Virus record (IMG/VR): IMGVR_UViG_3300037311_000479
Coordinates: 1-43,612 of that record
Source of the DNA: a virus
Lineage: Duplodnaviria; Caudoviricetes
Direction: 5' to 3' (one strand)
DNA length: 43,612 nt
Shown: in pieces, positions 37,302-43,612 of the stretch
How the letters are laid out: each line of letters begins with the position of its first letter
Position numbering within the stretch: the stretch's first letter is position 1
Notes under the pieces: generated by a model
Seen by the model: only the letters and a program-made list of their open reading frames with translations
Database searches by the model: none
What the model was told of the DNA's origin: nothing
Translations under genes and position numbers: made by a program

Positions 37302-37510
37302 TCCTTTGCTTTAAAAATGCCTTTTCGCTTTCGCTACTAGGGCACTTTATAAATGTTTTGTTTTTTGCCAAGGGGCAGGGTTTATGCTGCAATATTTTTT
37401 AGCATAGGTGAGAGCTGACATTCGTATTCGTATTCCAGTTATCGTAGTCGTTGTACGCAAGCTTGAAACCTGACAACGAACAAAACACAACCCATACAGC
37501 ATACAACCTT
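37302..37510 (-). ncRNA. DGR template RNA region (TR plus structured spacer)
   Basis: TR flanks are complementary (37379-37391 with 37495-37508); spacer holds CCCTGCCCCTTGGCAAAA and an AAAGTGCC...GGCATTTT stem. Confidence 0.75.
37399..37473 (-). repeat. DGR template repeat (TR)
   Basis: TCAGGTTTCAAGCTTGCGTACAACGACTACGATAACTGGAATACGAATACGAATGTCAGCTCTCACCTATGCTAA; intergenic, AAY-rich. Confidence 0.96.
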
Positions 37511-37516
37511 ATTTCG

Positions 37517-37894
37517 TTATCCGATTAATAAATAATCTTCGTATAACTCTTTAAATGTTTCAAAACAATGCTTTGCGGCTTCTCTACTTACAAAGCAAAG
37601 GCGAGAGCTGACATGCGTATTCGTAAGCCAGAGATCGTAGACGTGGTACGCAAGCCAGAAACCCGATGGTTTAGCTTCGTCTTTTACAATATCGGGGAAC
37701 AGTTCATATTTGTATTCATCGGTATTGTTCCAATTGGGTGTCCAGCCATCATTAATTGCTTCTACAATAATTATTAGCTTGTAGTGAGCTAATAATGCTT
37801 TACGATGCTTTTCAGGTGCATTCTCAAATGTTGGAATACTTGCATCATACCCTAAAGCCAAACAGGCTTCTTCAAAAGTTTTGACTGCTTTCAT
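37517..37894 (-). CDS. DGR target protein 1 (125 aa)
   Basis: Contains VR1; paralog of the adjacent gene (VKTFEEAC...AINDGWTPNW...SRLCF). Confidence 0.92.
   Translation of the reverse strand: MKAVKTFEEACLALGYDASIPTFENAPEKHRKALLAHYKLIIIVEAINDGWTPNWNNTDEYKYELFPDIVKDEAKPSGFWLAYHVYDLWLTNTHVSSRLCFVSREAAKHCFETFKELYEDYLLIG
37592..37666 (-). repeat. DGR variable repeat VR1
   Basis: 75 nt, 14 mismatches to TR, all at TR adenines. Confidence 0.96.
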
Positions 37895-37900
37895 TATTTA

Positions 37901-38305
37901 CTATTTAATGGTTAAAAAATCATTGTAGATGTCTGCAAATTGTGTGGCTGCATACTTAGCCAATTCGGCTGTTTTAAAGCAAAGGCGAGAGCCGACATTC
38001 GTAATCGTAGTCCAGGCACCGTAGCCGCCGAACGCAAGCCTGAAACCCGATTTGTGTTCAGACCATGGCACGTATTTACGTTGGCTACTATCCGTCCAAT
38101 CGGGTTGCCAACCTTCATTCAAAGCCTTAGAAATAATTACAATCTTTGTATAAGCTACTATTGAACTGGTGTCATCGTCCAATCCTTCAACGCCTACATT
38201 TACTTTTTCCAATCCAAGAACTTTACAGGCATCGTCAAATGTTTTAACCCTTTCTGTAATGGGTTGCGAAGTGGTGGAGGTTTTTGCCTCATAAATTGTT
38301 TGCAT
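37901..38305 (-). CDS. DGR target protein 2 (134 aa)
   Basis: Contains VR2; VKTFDDAC...ALNEGWQPDW...SRLCF. Confidence 0.92.
   Translation of the reverse strand: MQTIYEAKTSTTSQPITERVKTFDDACKVLGLEKVNVGVEGLDDDTSSIVAYTKIVIISKALNEGWQPDWTDSSQRKYVPWSEHKSGFRLAFGGYGAWTTITNVGSRLCFKTAELAKYAATQFADIYNDFLTIK
37976..38050 (-). repeat. DGR variable repeat VR2
   Basis: 75 nt, 16 mismatches to TR, all at TR adenines. Confidence 0.96.
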
Positions 38306-38328
38306 TTTTATTATTGTTTTTATTGTTG

Positions 38329-38943
38329 TTAAAATGGTAGGCTTGATGAACTACCGTGTAAATCGGGGATATTAAAATCAATTCGGGGCAACTCCTTTCC
38401 ACCAAGGCACTTGTGTATAAATGAATCAATATTTTGCCCTGCGTTTTCTACATACGATTTCATTTCTACAAGTGCATCCTTGGCATAATCGCGTAGCCTT
38501 TCAATGGCTTTGGATTCCAACAATTCAAATGGTATCATTTCTGCACCCCACCTGGCTATAAGCATTGCCGGTGCATTCCACTCATATTCGCTATGTAGAA
38601 AGCCAACAACAAATGGATCGGGTGTTTTATCGTCTGAAAAAACATAGATGCTTTTAAACCACCCATGCTGTTGTGCATTATGTACTTCTTTAAGCACCTC
38701 CAACGGAATAGTTGCTTGTCGGTAATCCGATATTTTAGTTTTTAATGGGCAAAGCACCCTAATTATCCTTGCAGTTTTAGGATCAACAGCCATGTATGGC
38801 GGAGCTTTGCTTTCGGGGCTTTTTTCAGATAAGTTTAATTGCCCTTTCAGCCCCAAATCTTCGCAAATCAGTTGCCATTCTGTGGCATTGTCTGCATCTT
38901 GTAAGTCCTGTAATTCAGGTTCAATAAATATTTCGTAAGCCAT
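38329..38943 (-). CDS. Hypothetical protein
   Basis: 204-aa ORF in the early operon ending in SSSLPF. Confidence 0.7.
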   Translation of the reverse strand: MAYEIFIEPELQDLQDADNATEWQLICEDLGLKGQLNLSEKSPESKAPPYMAVDPKTARIIRVLCPLKTKISDYRQATIPLEVLKEVHNAQQHGWFKSIYVFSDDKTPDPFVVGFLHSEYEWNAPAMLIARWGAEMIPFELLESKAIERLRDYAKDALVEMKSYVENAGQNIDSFIHKCLGGKELPRIDFNIPDLHGSSSSLPF

Positions 38944-38964
38944 GATATAAAATTTTAGAAGTGA

Positions 38965-39759
38965 TTAAATTGTTTCCGTTACGGGTTCAGGTGTTCTTAC
39001 TGGTTTTGCATCTTCCAGTTTTAACCTATCGGGGAGTGTTAAGTTTTTAGGCTTGTAGTTTGGATTTTGCCTGTCCCAAATTCTGCGTACATCGCAAAAC
39101 GAATTCCACAAGTCTGTTAGCGGTTCGTCAAACTCTTTTAACTGCCAACCCAAACCTTGTATTTTTTCACCTTTTTTATCTGCACCTCTTGTAAGTGCTT
39201 TTAACCACATTATGCCAAAGCGTTGCGCTTTGTTTTCGGGGTTAAATTCGTTCCACATTGTTGCATAAGCTGCCAGTTGCAGGGCGTGGCTGTCGTAGAT
39301 GTTGTTGCTTGTTTTAGTATCAATTAACCACAGTTCGCCATTGATACGGCAGATAATATCCATTGTACCGCCAAGCCTTAAAGTGTCGCTAACAAAGTTT
39401 ATTTCAGCACCTAACAATTCGGGTTTATGTGTTAGCCAAAACTCAACGAACTTGTTAATCATTTGCCACTCCTGGAAGTCATAAAATCCATTGCCGTTTT
39501 CGTCTGCCCATACTACTTCATTGCCCAACAAATACTGTTCAATTGCTCCGTGTACACGGCTGCCACTATCTGCGGCACGCTTCATAACTTCATCGGCATT
39601 GCTGCCTAAATCTTTTAGCCATTGGCTGTAACCAAATCCTTTTGGTAGTGCCTCCAGCACTGTAGTTACCGATGGGTAGAATGTTACACCGTCTTTTGTG
39701 TAAAATCTTTCATCCAAAAAATCAATGCGTTGGATGTCGCCTTTGTGAATAATCGCCAT
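38965..39759 (-). CDS. PD-(D/E)XK exonuclease (phage recombination type)
   Basis: YPSVTTVL, GSRVH, GGTMD, LIDTKTS, QLAAY; start likely ATG 39759. Confidence 0.82.
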   Translation of the reverse strand: MAIIHKGDIQRIDFLDERFYTKDGVTFYPSVTTVLEALPKGFGYSQWLKDLGSNADEVMKRAADSGSRVHGAIEQYLLGNEVVWADENGNGFYDFQEWQMINKFVEFWLTHKPELLGAEINFVSDTLRLGGTMDIICRINGELWLIDTKTSNNIYDSHALQLAAYATMWNEFNPENKAQRFGIMWLKALTRGADKKGEKIQGLGWQLKEFDEPLTDLWNSFCDVRRIWDRQNPNYKPKNLTLPDRLKLEDAKPVRTPEPVTETI

Positions 39760-39874
39760 TGTGAATAATTTTAGAAGATTAAAAATTGCCAACTCTTACC
39801 CGGTTGGCTTAGGGCTCGCCTTACACATCTTTTCTGTTTGCCAAGCCAGCTGTGGCCGTAGGCGTGTACTGCCT

Positions 39875-40501
39875 TTAAAATGGCATTTCTCCATCTTCTT
39901 CCGCTGAACCAGCGTTCGCCATTACAGGTTCAGGCTTACTTGATGTAGAACCCTTTAGCAGAGGCTTAATTTTTGTATTAATCATTTCTTCAAGGAAATT
40001 CATCATGTCGGTGTCATCCCACACGTATTTGCCTTTGAATTTGGTTTTAACCAATTGTGGCAATCCGTTCGGGTTATCTTTCGTGTAGAAATGCTTTAAA
40101 GTACCATCGCCCTGATTAATGAAAAGGGTTGTTTTCTTTTTCCCATCTTCCTCCTTGCAAAAAGGGATTAAGGACATACGCTTGCTTAAATCAGCGTTTT
40201 GGATTGATTTAAGAAACCCATTAGCATAGCCGCTGCTGTACTGGAACTGCAATTGATACAACTTTCCTTCGTCCTCAATTTTTAGTTCCCAAAACTTTAA
40301 TTGCTGTCCGGCAATTTCTACCTGCCTTACTTTAATGTCAGTAAGCGTTCCGCTTATGCGGTCGTAGAATTCTTCGTTTACCAACTTGCCGTTTTTGTTG
40401 GTACGTTCAATTGATTTGTCAGTTTTTGACTGAACTTGTCTGCAAACCTTGCCGTTACTAATTGTTAGGTAAATGGCATTGCTGTTGTTTTCTAAGCCCA
40501 T
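39875..40501 (-). CDS. Putative ssDNA-binding/annealing protein
   Basis: Beta-rich core, acidic tail EEDGEMPF, adjacent to the exonuclease. Confidence 0.65.
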   Translation of the reverse strand: MGLENNSNAIYLTISNGKVCRQVQSKTDKSIERTNKNGKLVNEEFYDRISGTLTDIKVRQVEIAGQQLKFWELKIEDEGKLYQLQFQYSSGYANGFLKSIQNADLSKRMSLIPFCKEEDGKKKTTLFINQGDGTLKHFYTKDNPNGLPQLVKTKFKGKYVWDDTDMMNFLEEMINTKIKPLLKGSTSSKPEPVMANAGSAEEDGEMPF

Positions 40502-40522
40502 TTTTTTAAATTTTAGTTGTTA

Positions 40523-40699
40523 TTAAATGTTGAGAAATGTTTGTTTATTTAGGTAGTAACTGTTTAGTAGTTCCATTTCCTCACAGTTGTTGTACTTTCT
40601 TTCAAAGAGTAGTATCAATTCCCAGGCTGTAAGTAGTTGCCACCCATTAGTGCATCTATCAATACATTTTTTTATCCAGTTATAATCCTGCACTTTCAT
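40523..40699 (-). CDS. 58-aa hypothetical protein (not in ORF track)
   Basis: MKVQDYNWIKKCIDRC...; fills an operon gap. Confidence 0.55.
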   Translation of the reverse strand: MKVQDYNWIKKCIDRCTNGWQLLTAWELILLFERKYNNCEEMELLNSYYLNKQTFLNI

Positions 40700-40802
40700 A
40701 AATTGATTTTATAAAGAATACCAGTGAAATCATTATATAAACCATCATTGCGAATGGAACACATACAATAATGAAGTATAGTATTTCAAATAGCTTTTTC
40801 AC
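40680..40802 (-). CDS. 40-aa single-TM peptide (GTG start; not in ORF track)
   Basis: MKKLFEILYFIIVCVPFAMMVYIMISLVFFIKSIYESAGL. Confidence 0.45.
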   Translation of the reverse strand: MKKLFEILYFIIVCVPFAMMVYIMISLVFFIKSIYESAGL

Positions 40803-40809
40803 TCGGCTT

Positions 40810-41085
40810 CTATTTTTTTAAAGTGCTATTATTATTTATGTAGTTCTCAACATCTTTCCTCAAATACTTGACCTTTCTTCCTGTTGCTGAACTCCAATTG
40901 AATATGCCGTTTTTTCTTTTCTCTCTTAGGCTACGTTTGCTCAAACCTGTAATTAGTGCTGCCTCATCTTCGGTAATCCACTTACTCACACCGTTATTAA
41001 GCGTAAGCACCTTTAACGATTGCTCTATAAATTCAAGCCTACGGCTCTGCTCTCGATATAGTTTTTCATAAGTAGCCTCCGTCAT
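40810..41085 (-). CDS. Excisionase-like HTH protein
   Basis: WITEDEAALITGLSKRSL..KR..G...GRKVKYLRKDVE (HTH_17-like). Confidence 0.75.
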   Translation of the reverse strand: MTEATYEKLYREQSRRLEFIEQSLKVLTLNNGVSKWITEDEAALITGLSKRSLREKRKNGIFNWSSATGRKVKYLRKDVENYINNNSTLKK

Positions 41086-41303
41086 GCTGCAACATTTTCA
41101 GGGTTAATGTTGGATAACTCCATTGCATCTTTTACTATGGTTGTCATTACATCTGCATAGGCTTTTACAGCAGTATCTTTTTTTTCTTTATAAAAAGCCA
41201 CTTTATAACCAATTGCAATATTGTGGTCGCATATTTCAATTATGCTAAGCCAGTTAAGTGCTAACTGCATATTTAATTTTTGAAATTTGATTTGCACTTT
41301 CAT
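41082..41303 (-). CDS. Hypothetical protein (start likely ATG 41303)
   Basis: The upstream ATG at 41357 lies inside a hairpin. Confidence 0.5.
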   Translation of the reverse strand: MKVQIKFQKLNMQLALNWLSIIEICDHNIAIGYKVAFYKEKKDTAVKAYADVMTTIVKDAMELSNINPENVAA

Positions 41304-41344
41304 TTTTATATCTTTATATCTGTGAATAATCTTTTTAAGGTTAT

Positions 41345-41375
41345 TAAAGCCATTCATTCGCCGTGAGTGGCTTTA
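41345..41375. terminator. Hairpin after the first two early genes
   Basis: TAAAGCCATTCA/TGAGTGGCTTTA inverted repeat. Confidence 0.45.
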
Positions 41376-41379
41376 TTTT

Positions 41380-41664
41380 TTAGATGGCAGCAGCCGATAA
41401 ATTTTCCTTCATAACTTTTAAGCTATCATGTAGCTGTTTCACACCCTTAGCCTTGTCATCATAAAAGGTTTTTATTAGTTCAACTACTTCGTCAGTTGTG
41501 GTGAGATACTTATTTATCACATTGCTAAATGTTGGTCTTGTATAACCTCTGCCGTTTTTTAGTCCAGCTTTTTTACTTAGCAAGGCCATTTTTGTAAAAT
41601 CAGTTCTCTCTATCAAATTCATCTTACGCAATTCCGCCACATACGTTTTAGTTAAGAATGCCAT
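41380..41664 (-). CDS. Basic, possibly Cro-like DNA-binding protein
   Basis: Early position opposite the repressor; YTRPTFSNVIN resembles a recognition helix. Confidence 0.45.
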   Translation of the reverse strand: MAFLTKTYVAELRKMNLIERTDFTKMALLSKKAGLKNGRGYTRPTFSNVINKYLTTTDEVVELIKTFYDDKAKGVKQLHDSLKVMKENLSAAAI

Positions 41665-41671
41665 TGTCTTT

Positions 41672-42013
41672 TTAATTTTTGTTTAAGAATTTGGTTAGTA
41701 AATCAGATATATTCCAATTGTGGTTCTCACCACTCATAAATTCATCAATGGTGTAACTCCATGTATCAATTGTTGTAATCATTTCGTGTGGGCAAACAAT
41801 GCGTTCATAGTCTCCTTTTAAAAAGCCTTCCGCATCCAACCACAGTTCAAATTCATTAAGTGGTATATCTACTGGGGTATAATTTTCCTCCGTTTCATTT
41901 TCAGGCGAGTAGCAATAGCAGGTAATAACATTGTTATCCAATTCAAAAAAATCTACTACAGATTTGGCGTTGTTTGAATTTTTTACTATACTTTTGTTTT
42001 CTATTTTTTCCAT
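41672..42013 (-). CDS. Acidic hypothetical protein, first gene of the early operon
   Basis: 113 aa, about 22 D/E against about 8 K/R. Confidence 0.6.
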   Translation of the reverse strand: MEKIENKSIVKNSNNAKSVVDFFELDNNVITCYCYSPENETEENYTPVDIPLNEFELWLDAEGFLKGDYERIVCPHEMITTIDTWSYTIDEFMSGENHNWNISDLLTKFLNKN

Positions 42014-42111
42014 TTGTTTTTATCATTTCGTAAATGATAGAACAAAAGTAAGAACATTTGTTTTCATTTATGTAAATATTGAGAACATTTTTATTCACAT
42101 AGTTATCCACA
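42014..42111. promoter_or_regulatory. Lysis/lysogeny switch region
   Basis: Minus-strand TACTTTTG box (42043-42050), three AGAACA repeats, two DnaA-box matches (42091-42099, 42103-42111). Confidence 0.65.
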
Positions 42112-42749
42112 TGGATACAAACGTCAACATAAAGAAGCTACGTGAGGAGCTTGGGTTTAGCCAACAGGAATTAGCTGATAAAACCGGTATTCCTAAAGGG
42201 AGGATTAATGCTTGGGAGCAGCGAGGTACTAAACCAAAACTGGACGATTTTAATAAGTTGCAGGAATTTATTAATGAAAACAAAGGTATTCAAAACGGCA
42301 TAATCAATGCCCCAAATGGTCGCTTTGGTAAAAAGGTTGGAGTAGGGCTCGTAAAATTTTATGATGTAGATTTTGCTGCTGGGGATATTGAATTTTACGA
42401 CGATACTAATAGCATAACTCCAGCTTATGAAATGGACATTCCTGAATTCGCTGGTTGCACGGCATTTAGGACTTACGGAGATAGTATGGAACCTGCCATA
42501 AAAAGCGGGTCTATTCTATTTGGAACAAGGGTTGAAGATTGGCAAAGCCACTTGGAATATGGTCAAATATATGGTATCGTATGTACTGATAAGCGTAAAT
42601 ACTTGAAGTATATAAGAAAGGACAAAGAAAACCCAAAAGCAAACTTTTTGCTTAGATCAGAAAACCAAGAGTATGACGATTTTGAGTTGCCTAAAACCAA
42701 GATAAAAAGCATTTGGCTTATTCACGGATGGATAAATAAAAGAAACTAA
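42111..42749 (+). CDS. CI-like repressor (XRE HTH plus S24 peptidase); start reassigned to 42111
   Basis: IKKLREELGFSQQELADKTGI...WEQ HTH; AAG cleavage-like site; GDSMEP catalytic Ser. Confidence 0.9.
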   Translation: MDTNVNIKKLREELGFSQQELADKTGIPKGRINAWEQRGTKPKLDDFNKLQEFINENKGIQNGIINAPNGRFGKKVGVGLVKFYDVDFAAGDIEFYDDTNSITPAYEMDIPEFAGCTAFRTYGDSMEPAIKSGSILFGTRVEDWQSHLEYGQIYGIVCTDKRKYLKYIRKDKENPKANFLLRSENQEYDDFELPKTKIKSIWLIHGWINKRN

Positions 42750-42751
42750 TT

Positions 42752-43024
42752 ATGAAACATTTTTTTTCATTCTTACTAATTGCATTTTTTATATCATGCA
42801 GTTCGGAGATAACAGAAAAGGAAAAAAAGGGTATTGAATTGCAAATCACATTGCACAATGCTTCTGTTGGAGTTGAAATGAAACTACGAGGCATGACGGC
42901 AAAAGAAGGGGAATTGTATAATCCCAATTCCGACCCTAATTTAACTTATGATAAACTAATTCAATTCTGTAAAGAAAAAGGGCATGACCCTGTTTTATTT
43001 GCAAAAACTCTAACAACGAAGTAG
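42752..43024 (+). CDS. Lipoprotein (candidate superinfection exclusion)
   Basis: Lipobox FFIS-C; in the repressor operon. Confidence 0.65.
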   Translation: MKHFFSFLLIAFFISCSSEITEKEKKGIELQITLHNASVGVEMKLRGMTAKEGELYNPNSDPNLTYDKLIQFCKEKGHDPVLFAKTLTTK

Positions 43025-43025
43025 A

Positions 43026-43226
43026 ATGAAAAAATATTTATTCATATTAATAGTAACCATTGCTTTTCTTTCATGCAAAAAAGAAAGTGCGAAATCTTGC
43101 TGGCAAATCATTGATTGCACCGGTAGTACATTGCAATCAGAATGCGATAAAACTGAAAGCGAAATACAAACATATGTAAATTCCATAAGCACTCCAGGTT
43201 GTAAAAAAACGTATAAGAAACAGTAA
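43026..43226 (+). CDS. Small Cys-rich lipoprotein
   Basis: AFLS-CKKE Bacteroidota-type lipoprotein signal plus 4 further Cys. Confidence 0.7.
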   Translation: MKKYLFILIVTIAFLSCKKESAKSCWQIIDCTGSTLQSECDKTESEIQTYVNSISTPGCKKTYKKQ

Positions 43227-43612
43227 TGCTTGATATAACCGATAAAAAATTTTTCAGTAGTGAAATTACGCAACGTTTTTTGTTTGCGATGGATAGGATA
43301 TTGGGTAATCGGGCAAATGGAAAAGTTACGGCACAAGCCTTTGGTGAAATTGTCGGAATTAAGAGCAGCAACATACTACGATTAAGAGATAATATTGGGG
43401 AAAATTTTGTTACAGTAGAAGCCATTGGTAGGATTTGTCATCATTATAAAATTTCGCCATTATGGTTGATAACTGGAGGTGGAAATATGTATGCCGATGA
43501 GCATCTATACAACGCTTATCAGGCTTTAGAAATTAGAATGAATGAATTAGAAGATAGTGTTAGGCAAATAGAAGTATCGCTTAATCTTAAACCTAAACGA
43601 GCAAAAAAATAA
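43226..43612 (+). CDS. XRE-family HTH regulator with C-terminal coiled coil
   Basis: AQAFGEIVGIKSSNI...ISPLWLITGGGNM. Confidence 0.7.
   Translation: MLDITDKKFFSSEITQRFLFAMDRILGNRANGKVTAQAFGEIVGIKSSNILRLRDNIGENFVTVEAIGRICHHYKISPLWLITGGGNMYADEHLYNAYQALEIRMNELEDSVRQIEVSLNLKPKRAKK

Larger units (their letters stand above)
1..43612. mobile_element. Temperate tailed phage or prophage, apparently near-complete, Bacteroidota host
   Basis: Integrase, repressor, replication, terminase, portal, capsid, tape measure and lysis modules are all present; no host housekeeping genes. att sites not identified. Confidence 0.93.

Noticed and set aside
37950-37975. BPP-1-like DNA hairpin downstream of the VRs
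   Set aside because: Only a 4-bp AGCC/GGCT stem after VR2 and nothing comparable after VR1; too weak to call
37912-38118. Alternative-frame ORF across VR2, and antisense ORFs 37568-37777 and 37940-38164
   Set aside because: Shadow frames of the target genes; the TR AAY codon phase matches the annotated target frame
38965-39759. Cas4 or CRISPR-associated nuclease
   Set aside because: Lacks the Fe-S cysteine cluster; context next to SSB indicates a phage recombination exonuclease
41931-42110. N-terminal extension of the repressor in the ORF track
   Set aside because: TTG start overlaps the divergent gene and the switch region; the HTH begins right after ATG 42111
301-43425. Numerous 60-130 aa ORFs antisense or out of frame within long genes
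   Set aside because: Fully nested in well-supported CDSs with no motifs or start context; treated as spurious
1-43612. attL/attR or terminal direct repeats
   Set aside because: The window starts and ends exactly at gene boundaries; no terminal repeat is visible

Overview
The window looks like an essentially complete ~43.6 kb temperate, siphovirus-like phage or prophage of a Bacteroidota host. The host is inferred from TAnnTTTG promoter boxes, AT-rich start contexts and lipoprotein signals. From left to right it holds: a tyrosine integrase; a lysis cassette; tail-tube, neck, capsid and scaffold genes; a degenerate tRNA-Met(CAT); a minor head protein fused to an ADP-ribosyltransferase; a portal with a DnaJ-type zinc finger; a glycosyltransferase; tail-tip, tape-measure and chaperone genes (with a -1 frameshift); terminases; three DNA methyltransferases; primase-helicase, SF2 helicase, exonuclease and SSB; and a CI-like repressor followed by lipoproteins. 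The highlight is a diversity-generating retroelement (DGR) in the early/replication operon. One 75-nt template (37399-37473) matches variable repeats in two small tandem paralogs with no signal peptide or membrane anchor (14 and 16 mismatches, all at template adenines). No tail gene is targeted and no Avd gene is recognisable; a frameshifted ~99-aa ORF overlaps the RT instead. Also notable: a 35-bp palindromic operator repeated at three late promoters next to an unannotated RHH-like gene, tandem DnaA boxes at the repressor start, and an iteron-like repeat array after the primase. Product calls come from motif recognition and synteny only; no database searches were run.
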